Below, piece after piece: positions 10,879-21,134 of a stretch of DNA of 40,843 bases. A program made the position numbers and the translations under genes. This stretch comes from an uncultured Erysipelotrichaceae bacterium (GTDB lineage Bacteria; Bacillota_I; Bacilli_A; RFN20; CAG-826): NCBI GenBank assembly GCA_902802365.1, contig CADCLZ010000001.1, positions 77,393 through 118,235 of the forward strand, given 5' to 3'. The stretch's first letter is position 1. The number at the start of each line of letters is the position of its first letter. The notes under the pieces were generated by a model. It was not told the DNA's origin. It worked only from the letters and a program-made list of their open reading frames with translations, and made no database searches.

Positions 10879-11075
10879 CTGGATTGATGTGCTGAGCTTC
10901 CGCTTTCAGCAGGACGAATCCGGCTTGCGCTTCCGGGGCAAAGCGGCCAACAGCCCGGTGGAGCTTTACCGGCAGGGAGATACGCTCTGCCTCTTTGACG
11001 GGCTTCGCATTTATTCTCTGCCTCTGGAAGGGGCCTCGCTGCATGTGCTGAAGCTGGGCGTGCCGGTGGACGAGG
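10849..11075 (+). other. Foreign ~230-bp segment replacing the GyrB TOPRIM core
   Basis: Open in another frame ([19 protein letters not shown]...GVPVDE) with CTG/GTG-rich codons unlike host genes; GyrB PLRGK and DxDxDG motifs are absent. Confidence 0.75.
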
Positions 11076-11082
11076 CTCTCCT

Positions 11083-11361
11083 TACTACGCCTATAACGAC
11101 GCCCAGCTCGAGGTTTTGAAGAAACAGCTCAACCTCAAAGAAGGCTATCCGTTCCAGCGTTATAAAGGCTTGGGCGAAATGGATGCCCAGCAGCTTTGGG
11201 AGACCACCATGGACCCGAAAGTCCGCAAGATGATCCGCATCACCGTGGAAGACGCCGCGGAAGCTGAACAACTCTTCACTCAGCTGATGGGTGACGAGGT
11301 CGCTCCGCGCCGTGAGTTCATTCAGAAAAACGCCCAGTTCGTCAAGAACCTTGATATCTGA
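11083..11361 (+). CDS. gyrB: DNA gyrase subunit B, C-terminal fragment
   Basis: YYAYND...QRYKGLGEMDAQQLWETTMDP...LMGDEVAPRREFI...NLDI. Confidence 0.9.
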   Translation, partial: YYAYNDAQLEVLKKQLNLKEGYPFQRYKGLGEMDAQQLWETTMDPKVRKMIRITVEDAAEAEQLFTQLMGDEVAPRREFIQKNAQFVKNLDI

Positions 11362-11375
11362 TAGGAGGCAAGAAT

Positions 11376-14084
11376 ATGTCCGAAGAAGAAAAGAAAGTCA
11401 TTGACGGCGAAGAAGTCGCCGAAGACGAAGAAGAACAAAAAGAACCCTCCAAGAAGACGATCATCGCCTCGAATGAGGGCCATCAATCCGCCGACGCGAT
11501 GTTCGGCGAGGAAGCCGCGATCAGCGGCATCATCCCCGGTCTCACCGACCGCGATGTCGCCAGCGAAGTCCGCACCGCCTTCCTCGATTACTCGATGTCG
11601 GTCATCGTGAGCCGCGCCATCCCCGATGTGCGCGACGGCTTCAAGCCGGTTCAGCGCCGCATCATCTACGGCATGGACGAAGAGGGCATGCTCCCGAACA
11701 AGCCCTATAAGAAGTGCGCGCGTATCGTCGGTGACGTCATGGGTAAATATCACCCGCATGGCGACGCCGCCCTCTATGGCACTTTGGTCCGCTTGGCCCA
11801 GCCCTTCTCCCTCCGTTACCCGTTGGTCGATGGCCACGGCAACTTCGGCTCGATCGATGGCGACGAACCCGCCGCCTACCGTTATACCGAAGCGAGGATG
11901 AACCGCCTTTCCCTCGAAATGGTCCGCGATCTTGATTGCGATACCGTCGATTTCGTCGGGAACTATGACGGCACCGAACTCGAACCTTCCGTCTTGCCCT
12001 GCCGCTTCCCGAACCTTTTGGTCAACGGCTCCCAGGGCATCGCCGTCGGTATGGCCACCAACATGCCGCCGCATAACCTCTGCGAAGCGATCGACGCCTG
12101 CGTCGCCGTCGCCAAGAACCCCGACCTCACCCCGGAAGAGATCATGCAGCAATATCTCTCCGGCCCCGATTTCCCGTCCGGCGGCACCATTTTGGGCCGT
12201 CAAGGCATCTTGGATGCCTACCGGACCGGCCAAGGCTCGATCACCATCCGTTCGAAATATCACATCGAAGAGATGGAAAACGGCAAATCGCGCATCATCG
12301 TCGACGAGATCCCCTACCAGGTCAACAAGTCCGCGATGATCGAAAACATCGCCAACCTCGTTCGCGAGAAGGTGATCGACGGCATCTCCGATGTCCGCGA
12401 TGAGTCGAACAAAGAAGGCATCCGCGTCGTCATCGAGATCAAGAAAGATTCAATCCCCGAAGTCGTCGCGAACAACCTCTTGAAGCACACCCAGCTCCAG
12501 ACCAGCTTTGGCATCATCAACCTCTGCTTGGTCGAAGGCGCGCCGAAAGTGCTCCCGATCAACGAGATCATCCGCAACTACGACGAATTCCAGATCCAAG
12601 TCATCACCCGGAGGACTAAATACCTCCTTAAGAAGGACACCGATCGCCTCCACATCGTCCAAGGCTTGATCCTTGCCCACGATAACATCGACGAAGTCAT
12701 CCACATCATCCGCGATTCGAAGAATGACGAAGAATCCACCCAGCGTTTGTTCGATTCCTTCGGGCTCAGCAAGCCGCAGTGCGAAGCGATCCTCGCGATG
12801 ACCCTCCGTAGATTGCAAGGCATGGAGCAAGATAAGCTCAACGCCGAACGCGAGGGCTTAGAAGCTAATATCGCGGAATATAACCGTTTGCTTTCCTCGC
12901 GCGACAACATCGTCGAACTCTTCGTCGAAGAGCTCCTCGAAATCAAAAAGCGCTTCGGCGACAAACGGTTGACCGAAATCACCGACGAAGCCAGCGATAT
13001 CGATAACGAAGACCTCATCCCGCAGAAGAACATCTTGGTTCTTTTGACCAATAACGGTTATCTGAAGCGCATGGATGACGATACCTTCTCCGCCCAGCAT
13101 CGCGGCGGACGCGGGATCATCGGCATCAAGACCACTTCCGGCGACGCGGTCAAGCTCATGAAGCACATGAAGACCCACACCGACATCCTCTTCTTCACCT
13201 CGATCGGCAAAGTCTACAGGATGCGTGGCTATCAGATCCCCGATTCCGGGAGAACCGGCAAGGGTCTCCCCGTCGTCAATTTCCTGAATCTCGATAAAGA
13301 CGAGAAAGTCGTCTCAATCCTCGCTTGCGATGATTATCCCGAAGGAGATTACCTCTTCTTCGTCAGCAAGAAGGGCATCGTGAAACGTACCCACCTCACC
13401 GAATTCGCTTCCATCCACACCAACGGCAAAATCGCCGCTGGTTTGAAGGAAGACGACGAACTCTTAGACGTCAAACGCACCAACGGCGAAGCCTTCATCT
13501 CCTTGGCTTCCAGCGAAGGCAAAGTCTGCGACTTCAAAGAAGAAGAAGTCCGCGCGATGGGTCGCACCGCCGCCGGCGTCAAGGGCATCGAACTCGAAGA
13601 AGGCGCCGAAGTCGTCGGCGTCACCACCTCGATGGAGGGCGAATTGATCTTGGTCCTCACCTCGAAGGGCTTCGGCAAGATGAGCTATGCCATCGACAAG
13701 GACATCCTCCAAGAGGATGGCACCACCCGTCATTATGATGGCTACCGCCTCACCCACCGCGGCACCAAAGGCGTCATGACCCTCAAGGTCACCCCGAAAA
13801 ACGGCAAATTGGTCGCCCTCCGCGCCGTGAACGGCGACGAAGACCTAATGGTCATCACCTCCGCCGGCATCGTGATCCGCACCCCGCTTTCCGAAGTCAA
13901 GATCGCGGGCCGCAACACCCAAGGCGTGAAGATCATCAACCTCGAAGAACGGCAGAAGGTCGCTTCGATCTCGATCGTCCCGCACGAAGATCCTTCCGAA
14001 GAAGGCGAAGAATTCGTCGAGGAGGAAGAAGCCCAGGAAGAGGCGCCCGTCGAAGCGCCGGTCAATCCTGACGACGTCATCTGA
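11376..14084 (+). CDS. gyrA: DNA gyrase subunit A
   Basis: DVRDGFKPVQRR, KYHPHGD, YRYTE, GyrA-box QHRGGRG, acidic tail. Confidence 0.97.
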   Translation: MSEEEKKVIDGEEVAEDEEEQKEPSKKTIIASNEGHQSADAMFGEEAAISGIIPGLTDRDVASEVRTAFLDYSMSVIVSRAIPDVRDGFKPVQRRIIYGMDEEGMLPNKPYKKCARIVGDVMGKYHPHGDAALYGTLVRLAQPFSLRYPLVDGHGNFGSIDGDEPAAYRYTEARMNRLSLEMVRDLDCDTVDFVGNYDGTELEPSVLPCRFPNLLVNGSQGIAVGMATNMPPHNLCEAIDACVAVAKNPDLTPEEIMQQYLSGPDFPSGGTILGRQGILDAYRTGQGSITIRSKYHIEEMENGKSRIIVDEIPYQVNKSAMIENIANLVREKVIDGISDVRDESNKEGIRVVIEIKKDSIPEVVANNLLKHTQLQTSFGIINLCLVEGAPKVLPINEIIRNYDEFQIQVITRRTKYLLKKDTDRLHIVQGLILAHDNIDEVIHIIRDSKNDEESTQRLFDSFGLSKPQCEAILAMTLRRLQGMEQDKLNAEREGLEANIAEYNRLLSSRDNIVELFVEELLEIKKRFGDKRLTEITDEASDIDNEDLIPQKNILVLLTNNGYLKRMDDDTFSAQHRGGRGIIGIKTTSGDAVKLMKHMKTHTDILFFTSIGKVYRMRGYQIPDSGRTGKGLPVVNFLNLDKDEKVVSILACDDYPEGDYLFFVSKKGIVKRTHLTEFASIHTNGKIAAGLKEDDELLDVKRTNGEAFISLASSEGKVCDFKEEEVRAMGRTAAGVKGIELEEGAEVVGVTTSMEGELILVLTSKGFGKMSYAIDKDILQEDGTTRHYDGYRLTHRGTKGVMTLKVTPKNGKLVALRAVNGDEDLMVITSAGIVIRTPLSEVKIAGRNTQGVKIINLEERQKVASISIVPHEDPSEEGEEFVEEEEAQEEAPVEAPVNPDDVI

Positions 14085-14089
14085 TCTCT

Positions 14090-15115
14090 ATGAAAGTCCT
14101 CGTCCATTTCGAACCCCCCAAGAGTGATTTTGGCTTTGAGGGGACGAGGTTAAGGAAAACGCTCAAGGGTGCCTGCGAAGCCGCAGACATCACTTGGGTG
14201 GACACCTTATTGGCCCGTCCTGACATCGCTCATTTTCTCTCGGCCGAGGACTTGCCGCTTTTGGAAAAAGCCAAGAAGGAAGGGGTTAAAACCATCCTCT
14301 CCGCCGGCTATACCGAAACCGACCCCAAAGCGAGCTTCTACACCTATAGAAGAGGACGGAAACCGGTGTTGAAGGCGAAAGCCAAAAAGATGATCGGCAA
14401 AGCCGATCTCGTCTTGGTTCCAGATGAAAACACCAAGAAACGCTTCTTGGAAAACGGCGCGGTCGGGAACTTCCTCATCACCCCCGCCGCCGTCCACTTG
14501 GCGCGCTTCGAGGCCGCTTCCCCGATCGAGAAGAACATCTTCCGGCATTATGCCCGGGTGAAGAACGAGGACCGTTACGTCTTATCCACCGTCCATTTCG
14601 ACGATAAGGGGATGATCGATATCTATAAGAAGATCGCCGCCCTGCGTCCGGAATACAAATTCTTCGTCTTGATCGGAAAACCCCGGAGCTTCTTGGGGTG
14701 GATGGCGGTCCGCCGCTACCAAAGGAAGGCGACGAAGAACCTCATCTTCAGCCCACTGATCGAAGACGATGTCTTCCGCAGCGCCCTGATGAACGCTTCC
14801 TGCTTCCTGAAGATCGGAAGCTATTACTCTGGGGACATCCAGATTTTGGAGGCCTTCGCCGCCAAAACCCCGGTCATCGCCTATGGCGAGCAGGAAAATA
14901 GCCCCCTTCTCCAAGACGGGGTCAACTGCGACTTCGCCACCACCCCGAAAGAAGCCGCGGACAGCCTGATCGAGATTTGGAAAGAACCCGACAAAGACAT
15001 GCTCGCCGAAGCCTATCGCATCGCCAAGGCGAACTCGCTTCCCAATTTCGGGAAACGCCTAAAGCAAATTTACGAAGATCTATTGAATCCTAAGGAGGAA
15101 AATCAACATGCTTGA
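14090..15115 (+). CDS. Divergent GT4-fold glycosyltransferase
   Basis: Colinear with the GT4 at 28494 (DIAHF, ADLVLVP, ILEAFAAKTPVI); nucleotide-sugar motif is degenerate. Confidence 0.7.
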   Translation: MKVLVHFEPPKSDFGFEGTRLRKTLKGACEAADITWVDTLLARPDIAHFLSAEDLPLLEKAKKEGVKTILSAGYTETDPKASFYTYRRGRKPVLKAKAKKMIGKADLVLVPDENTKKRFLENGAVGNFLITPAAVHLARFEAASPIEKNIFRHYARVKNEDRYVLSTVHFDDKGMIDIYKKIAALRPEYKFFVLIGKPRSFLGWMAVRRYQRKATKNLIFSPLIEDDVFRSALMNASCFLKIGSYYSGDIQILEAFAAKTPVIAYGEQENSPLLQDGVNCDFATTPKEAADSLIEIWKEPDKDMLAEAYRIAKANSLPNFGKRLKQIYEDLLNPKEENQHA

Positions 15116-16388
15116 TGTGAAATTGATCGTCGAAAAACCAGAGTACGTCAAAAAGGCTTTGGCCAAAAAGGGCTGGGACTTCGATCCCCAGCCGGTCATC
15201 GACCTCTTTAACCAAAGGTTAGCCCTTTTAAAGGACGTCGAGGCCATCAAAGCGGAGCAGAACAAGCTCTCCGCCTCGGTCCCTCAGGTGAAGAAAGAAG
15301 GCGGCGACGTCGCCCCCATCTTCAAGAAGGTCAAAGAGCTCGGCGCGGCCAACAAAGAAAACGAAGCCAAGCTCGCCGAAGTCCAGAAGGCGTTAAAAGA
15401 AGCGATCGAAGTGCTTCCGAATATGCCCGATGATGATCTGGCGGCCGGTTACAAAGAGCACAACACCCCGATCTATCATTTCGGGGAGGAAAAGGATTTC
15501 GGCTTCAAGCCGAAAAACCACGTCGATCTCGCGGAATCGCTCGGTCTTATCGACTATAAGCGCGCGGCGAAGATCTCCGGCACCGGCACCTGGATTTATA
15601 CCAATCTCGGCGCGCGTCTAGAGTGGGCGCTTCTTAACTACTTCATCGAAACCCATCTCGCAGACGGCTATGAGATGATCCTCCCGCCCCACATCCTGAA
15701 CTATGAATCCGGTTATACCGCTGGCCAGTTCCCGAAGTTCAAAGAAGACGTCTTCTGGCTCGAAGGCATTGAACCCAAAAAGTTCATCCTCCCGACCGCG
15801 GAGACCGCTTTGGTCAACCTCCACCGCGACGAGATCCTCTCCGCCAACGAGCTCCCGAAGAAGTACTTCGCCTATACTCCTTGCTATCGCAAGGAAGCGG
15901 GCAGCTACCGCACGGAAGAACGCGGCATGATCCGTGGCTATCAATTCAACAAAGTCGAAATGGTCCAATACACCACCGAAGAAGGCAGCGATGCCGCCTT
16001 CGAGGAAATGGTGAAGAAAGCCCAGAAGCTTTTGGAAGGGCTCGGCCTTGTCTATCAGCTCGATAAGTTGGCGGCCGGCGATTGCTCGCACTCGATGGCC
16101 AGAACCTATGACATCGAAGTCTGGATCCCCTCGATGGGTATCTATAAGGAAGTCTCCTCGGTTTCCAACGCCAGAGACTATCAGGCGCGCCGCGGCATGA
16201 TCCGTTATAAGGGCGAAGATGGCAAAACCCATTATTGCCACACCTTAAACGGCTCGGGTTTGGCCACTTCCCGCGTCTTCCCTGCTCTTCTAGAGCAGAA
16301 TCAGCAGGCCGATGGCTCTGTCGTCATCCCGGAAGTCCTCCGGAAATGGATGGGCGGCTTGGAAGTCTTAAAGCCAATCAAAAAATAA
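15108..16388 (+). CDS. serS: Serine--tRNA ligase
   Basis: MLD N-terminus, LPTAETAL, YRKEAGS, QFNKVE, HTLNGSGLA. Confidence 0.97.
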   Translation: MLDVKLIVEKPEYVKKALAKKGWDFDPQPVIDLFNQRLALLKDVEAIKAEQNKLSASVPQVKKEGGDVAPIFKKVKELGAANKENEAKLAEVQKALKEAIEVLPNMPDDDLAAGYKEHNTPIYHFGEEKDFGFKPKNHVDLAESLGLIDYKRAAKISGTGTWIYTNLGARLEWALLNYFIETHLADGYEMILPPHILNYESGYTAGQFPKFKEDVFWLEGIEPKKFILPTAETALVNLHRDEILSANELPKKYFAYTPCYRKEAGSYRTEERGMIRGYQFNKVEMVQYTTEEGSDAAFEEMVKKAQKLLEGLGLVYQLDKLAAGDCSHSMARTYDIEVWIPSMGIYKEVSSVSNARDYQARRGMIRYKGEDGKTHYCHTLNGSGLATSRVFPALLEQNQQADGSVVIPEVLRKWMGGLEVLKPIKK

Positions 16389-16400
16389 GTAAGCCAACAG

Positions 16401-16428
16401 AAAGCGGCTCCTTCGCGGGCCGCTTTTT
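16401..16428. terminator. Bidirectional terminator between serS and the S66 peptidase
   Basis: AAAGCGGCTC...GGGCCGCTTTTT between convergent genes. Confidence 0.7.
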
Positions 16429-16443
16429 ATTTGATTTGCGAAG

Positions 16444-17472
16444 TCAGTCTTTATAGTCGATGAAGAGATTTCCTTCTTTAAAGGAAACGACGGCCTTCGC
16501 CCCGTTCTTCATCGGCATCGATGGCGAATAATGTCCAAGATCGACATCGAATAGCAGCGGCACATTCAAATCGGAAAGCATATCGGCGACCGCGTTGAAG
16601 CGGTTGACCCCCATTTCGTCCCTCTCCCAGCAAAGCGGGCGGCCAATCAAGAAGCCTTTCGCGGTTTTGAAATACCCGGCTTCCTTCAATTGGAATAAGG
16701 CTCTTCTAATCTGAAGCGGGCCGAGGTCACAAGATTCCAAATACCAAACAATTCCCTCAGGATGATCCAAAAGGAAGGGACCCATTGCATCGTATTTGGT
16801 TCCGCAGAGGAGGATTAAGATATCGAGGCAACCGCCCAAAAGCGTGCCTTCCATCGGCTTTTTGTAGCCAATCGGGGTGATGATTTTCGGCGTGCGGTAC
16901 AAAAAACGGTTCAAAGGCTTGATCGGCTTTGGGACAAGCGGCCTTTTCTTCCGGAAGTTGGGCTTGTTCCACTTTGGATAACCTGCAAAGCTTTTCTTCC
17001 CCTCCAACATCTCAATCGTGTCCAGTTGGTTCAGCCTCAAGGGCTTTTCAAAGAAGGCCGGGGCATTCGATCCATAAATGGTCATCACGCCGCATAACGT
17101 GGTGAGGGTGAAGGTCAGATTCGTGTTATCGGAAAAACCGACAAACCATTTTGGCGGAAGATTTTTGATTTCTTTGAAATCAATATAAGGGAGGATTTCA
17201 TCCATCAGCGCTCCGCCGCCGACCGAGATGATGGCCTTGGCTTCGGAGCGATAAGCGTCCATGAATTCTTTTGCCCTCTCTTCGGGGGAAGCGGAAGCGA
17301 CAACTCCTTCGGCTTTCCGCACGCAGGCGCCTTCCAAAATCCGATATCCGCGCCTCTTCAGATTCTTGATCGAAGCCTCATAACGGGTTAAATACGGCTC
17401 GGTGGTCACCCCGAAAGAGGGAGCGATGGTGGCGATTATATCGCCGGGACGCAAAAATTCTGGCTGTTTCAT
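16444..17472 (-). CDS. S66 family peptidase (LD-carboxypeptidase/MccF-like)
   Basis: LRPGDIIATIAPS, GFSDNT (catalytic Ser), GGCLD, YLE, DLGH. Confidence 0.9.
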   Translation of the reverse strand: MKQPEFLRPGDIIATIAPSFGVTTEPYLTRYEASIKNLKRRGYRILEGACVRKAEGVVASASPEERAKEFMDAYRSEAKAIISVGGGALMDEILPYIDFKEIKNLPPKWFVGFSDNTNLTFTLTTLCGVMTIYGSNAPAFFEKPLRLNQLDTIEMLEGKKSFAGYPKWNKPNFRKKRPLVPKPIKPLNRFLYRTPKIITPIGYKKPMEGTLLGGCLDILILLCGTKYDAMGPFLLDHPEGIVWYLESCDLGPLQIRRALFQLKEAGYFKTAKGFLIGRPLCWERDEMGVNRFNAVADMLSDLNVPLLFDVDLGHYSPSMPMKNGAKAVVSFKEGNLFIDYKD

Positions 17473-17530
17473 GATGAGATTATTATACGGGCGGATGGCT
17501 TTTTAATCCTTCTTTTCTTATAATGTTCCC

Positions 17531-17609
17531 GCCACCGCGAGGGAAGGCTTACGAACCAGGTCAGGTGGGGAACCAAGCAGCCTTAAGTTTGAATTCCTTG
17601 CGCGATGGT
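17531..17609 (+). ncRNA. ffs: Small bacterial SRP RNA (4.5S)
   Basis: Helix-8 signature GGTCAGGTGG-GGAA-CCAAGCAGCC; the ends pair (GCCACCGCG/CGCGATGGT); TATAAT at 17519-17524; T tract follows; next to tadA as in Bacilli. Confidence 0.9.
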
Positions 17610-17624
17610 TTTATTTTTTAAGCA

Positions 17625-18083
17625 ATGGAAGATCTTGATCTCAAATTCATGGAGGAGGCCCTCCTGGAAGCCGCGGAGGCTTTTCGTGAAGGCGAAGTCC
17701 CGGTCGGCGCGGTCATCGTGAAAGGCGGGAAAATCATCGGTCGCGGCCATAATCAGAAAGAGAAGAAGCACGATGTCAGCAGTCATGCCGAGGTCGAAGC
17801 GATCCGAAACGCGGAAAAAGAATTAGGTGACTGGGATCTTTCCGGCGCGACTCTTTATGTAACCCTTGAGCCTTGCCTGATGTGCGCAGGCGCGATTATT
17901 CAAAGCCGGATTTCCCGCCTGGTTTATGGCGCGGAAGACGCAGAACGCGGGGCGATCGTCCATACCGTCCAGGCTTTCGAACTTTATAAGAAGGATAGCG
18001 ACCCTTTGGTGTCCCGCGGCATCCTCCAAAAAGAATGCGAAACCCTTCTAAAACGCTTCTTTGCCGAACAAAGAAAAGCCTGA
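17625..18083 (+). CDS. tadA: tRNA-specific adenosine deaminase
   Basis: GEVPVGAVIV, HAE, TLEPCLMC. Confidence 0.93.
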   Translation: MEDLDLKFMEEALLEAAEAFREGEVPVGAVIVKGGKIIGRGHNQKEKKHDVSSHAEVEAIRNAEKELGDWDLSGATLYVTLEPCLMCAGAIIQSRISRLVYGAEDAERGAIVHTVQAFELYKKDSDPLVSRGILQKECETLLKRFFAEQRKA

Positions 18084-18208
18084 AAAGAAAGAAAATTTTT
18101 TCAGTGAAATTGAATAGTTTCGATGGGGACTATTCTTTTTTGTCGCTGTATAAATTTGATTAAAATCATTCGATACAGACTAATGTTTGTGTGATATATT
18201 ATTGTCCC

Positions 18209-21130
18209 ATGTTAGAGCTTCGTCACATTAAAAAAACCTATCCGGTCGATAAGACTGAATTCCTTGCCATCAAAAACCTGTCCTTGGTGTTCCCGGACAA
18301 AGGGTTTGTTGCCATTTTAGGGCCTTCTGGCTGCGGCAAAACCACCCTTTTGAATATCATCGGCGGCTTAGACCACTATACCAGCGGCGATCTTTTGATC
18401 GACGGCAAATCCACGAAGCGCTTCGAAGACAAAGACTGGGACGCTTACCGCAACAACCACTGCGGCTTCGTTTTCCAAAGCTATAACCTGATTCCCCACG
18501 AAACCGTTCTTTCCAACGTCGAAACCGGCCTTCGCTTAAGCGGCAAAGGAATGAGCGAGCGGAGAGAGAAAGCCCTCGCCGTTTTGAAGAGGGTTGGCCT
18601 CGAAGACGTCGCCAAGAAACGCCCGAGTCAGCTTTCCGGCGGCCAGATGCAGCGTGTTGCTATTGCCCGCGCCTTCGCAAACGACCCGAATATCATCCTC
18701 GCCGACGAACCGACCGGCGCTTTGGATTCCACGACATCCGTGCAGGTTTTGGATTTAATCAAAGAAGTCGGCAAAGACCGTTTGGTGATCATGGTCACCC
18801 ATAACGAAGAGCTTGCCGTGCAGTACGCGGACCGCATCATCCGGATGAAAGACGGCGAAATCGTCTCCGATTCCGCGGAAATCTCCAGCGAGAATGCGCC
18901 GAAACCCGCCGGGAACCTCACAAATAAGAAGAGTTCGATGTCGTTCTTAACCGCTTTGAAGAGTTCCTTCTCCAATGTTCGGACGAAAAAAGGCCGGACC
19001 GCGCTCACCGCGATCGCCTGCTCCATCGGCATCATCGGCGTTGCCCTCGTTTTGGCCACCAACAACGGCTTTACCAACTATATCGATAACGTCCAAGTCG
19101 CGATGGCTTCCGCGGTTCCGATCACGATCACCCCGACGGTTTATGACTATCTATCCGTTATCAAAGAGCTTCCGGAAGAATTCCCGGACGACGATGTTGT
19201 CCACGTCCAGGACGATTCGACGATGCAATATGTCTCTCACCGTAATGAATTCACCCCTGAACTGATTAGTTACTTGGATGAATTAGAGACCAACCCCAAA
19301 CTAAGCGGTCTTGCCCGCTCGGTCATGTATAACCACGATAACCTCGACTTCCATTTCATCACCGACTCCGGGATGAATGGCGACGGGACGATCGATGAGA
19401 CCTATTTCAAAGTCAATCAATATGGCAGTGCAGGCGGTATTTCAAGCGGCATCGAAAGCGTCACCGGCCTTCCCGCCACGAGGATGCACGAGCTTTATGG
19501 CACCCAAAAACAACTCGAAGGTCTTTATGAAGTCATCCATGGCCGCTTCCCGAAAGAGACCAATGACCCGAACCGCGCCGAGATGGTTTTGATCGTCGAC
19601 CGCTATAACCAGATTTCCCTCTCAACCCTGCAAAACCTCGGTATTTTGTCGGATTCCAATAAGAAAACCACGGAAATCAAGTTCTCCGACATCGTCTATG
19701 ACGGCCCAAGCGACACCGCTTATAAGCACTATAGATGCTACCTCAATAGCGATTTCTATCAGATCGGGACCGAGCGTGAGGATATCCGCGAAATCGGCCC
19801 CTACCAGCGTTATACCAAATTGAGGGTCGATCCGACCGTCATTCAGGTCCGTAACGAAGAAGGCGACCTCGTCGATCAGCAAAGCATCGAGATCCGCGGG
19901 ACCGAATGGGAAGACTTCAAACCGAAGTATTATGCCCAACCTGATGGATATAACTGGGAAAAGATTTATAACAACGTCGAAGGGCATTATCACCCAATTG
20001 AATGTGACATCGTCGGCGTCATCCGCCCGACCGAGAACTCCTTTATCTCCTTAATGCCGACTTCCATCGGTTATTTGACCTCGCTCAAAGACCAGATGGT
20101 CGCCGATACCGAAGGACCGGCAAAGGATTTGGCCGATCTGCAAACCGAGAACTGGATGATGGAACGGAAAGACCCCTCCGATTCGAACTATGCGGCGGTT
20201 GACGGTGTGTATCTGCTTAACCAAGGCATCCAAACCTTACTCAACGGCGCGGGCGTGAATGCCGCGAACGTCTCTTCGTCGCAGCTTTCCGGCATCTTCT
20301 TGAATGTCTTCCGTTATTTCAATGCCGGCGGAGGCAACGTTTCCTCCAGCTACAATACCTTGTTTGGCTGGGGCCGCGCCTATGGCTCGGTGTTCGATAA
20401 GCCGCGCTACACCGACCTAAGTCAATTCGGCGATATTTCGGGTGGCGCAGAAGCCATTCGCGCGATGACGAACTTCCTCAGCGATTTCGTCGCGCATGGC
20501 GTGAACTATCTCACCTACTATCTGGCCTATAACCCGATCTCTTCGATTTTGGTTTTCCCGGAGAACATGGAAACCAAAGCCGATTTGAAGGCATACCTTG
20601 ATAACTTTAATTACATCGATCACGATGCGAACAAAGGCGAAAAACCCGAAGCCGAGAAGATCATCTTCACCGATATCGCCGATACGATCACCGGTTCCAT
20701 CGGGACGATGATCAATGTCATCAGCATCGTCTTGATCGTCTTCGCGGCCATCTCCTTGGTGGTCAGCAGCGTCATGACCACGATCATCACTTATGTCTCG
20801 GTTGTGGAAAGAACGAAAGAAATCGGCGTCCTGCGTGCCTGCGGCGCTAGGAAGCGCGATGTTGGCCGCCTCTTTGAGGCGGAAAGCGTCATCGTCGGCG
20901 GGTTTGCCGGGGCGATCGGCATCCTTGTGAGCATTTTGCTCTGCATCCCGATCAACCTCATTTTGGATCATCAGTTCCCGGGCAATGGCCTTGACCATAT
21001 CGCCCAGCTCAATCCCTGGCACGCCTTGCTTTTATTTGGGGTCTCCGTCCTCCTCGCTTTCGTGAGCGGCTTCATCCCCTCGCGAATTGCCGCGCGCAAA
21101 GACCCTGTTGAATGTCTCCGGAGCGAATAA
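18209..21130 (+). CDS. Fused ABC ATPase-permease (MacB/FtsX-like)
   Basis: GPSGCGKT, LSGGQ, ADEPTGALD; one TM, a very large extracellular domain, then SVVERTKEIGVLRACGA and C-terminal TMs. Confidence 0.92.
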   Translation: MLELRHIKKTYPVDKTEFLAIKNLSLVFPDKGFVAILGPSGCGKTTLLNIIGGLDHYTSGDLLIDGKSTKRFEDKDWDAYRNNHCGFVFQSYNLIPHETVLSNVETGLRLSGKGMSERREKALAVLKRVGLEDVAKKRPSQLSGGQMQRVAIARAFANDPNIILADEPTGALDSTTSVQVLDLIKEVGKDRLVIMVTHNEELAVQYADRIIRMKDGEIVSDSAEISSENAPKPAGNLTNKKSSMSFLTALKSSFSNVRTKKGRTALTAIACSIGIIGVALVLATNNGFTNYIDNVQVAMASAVPITITPTVYDYLSVIKELPEEFPDDDVVHVQDDSTMQYVSHRNEFTPELISYLDELETNPKLSGLARSVMYNHDNLDFHFITDSGMNGDGTIDETYFKVNQYGSAGGISSGIESVTGLPATRMHELYGTQKQLEGLYEVIHGRFPKETNDPNRAEMVLIVDRYNQISLSTLQNLGILSDSNKKTTEIKFSDIVYDGPSDTAYKHYRCYLNSDFYQIGTEREDIREIGPYQRYTKLRVDPTVIQVRNEEGDLVDQQSIEIRGTEWEDFKPKYYAQPDGYNWEKIYNNVEGHYHPIECDIVGVIRPTENSFISLMPTSIGYLTSLKDQMVADTEGPAKDLADLQTENWMMERKDPSDSNYAAVDGVYLLNQGIQTLLNGAGVNAANVSSSQLSGIFLNVFRYFNAGGGNVSSSYNTLFGWGRAYGSVFDKPRYTDLSQFGDISGGAEAIRAMTNFLSDFVAHGVNYLTYYLAYNPISSILVFPENMETKADLKAYLDNFNYIDHDANKGEKPEAEKIIFTDIADTITGSIGTMINVISIVLIVFAAISLVVSSVMTTIITYVSVVERTKEIGVLRACGARKRDVGRLFEAESVIVGGFAGAIGILVSILLCIPINLILDHQFPGNGLDHIAQLNPWHALLLFGVSVLLAFVSGFIPSRIAARKDPVECLRSE

Positions 21131-21134
21131 GACT

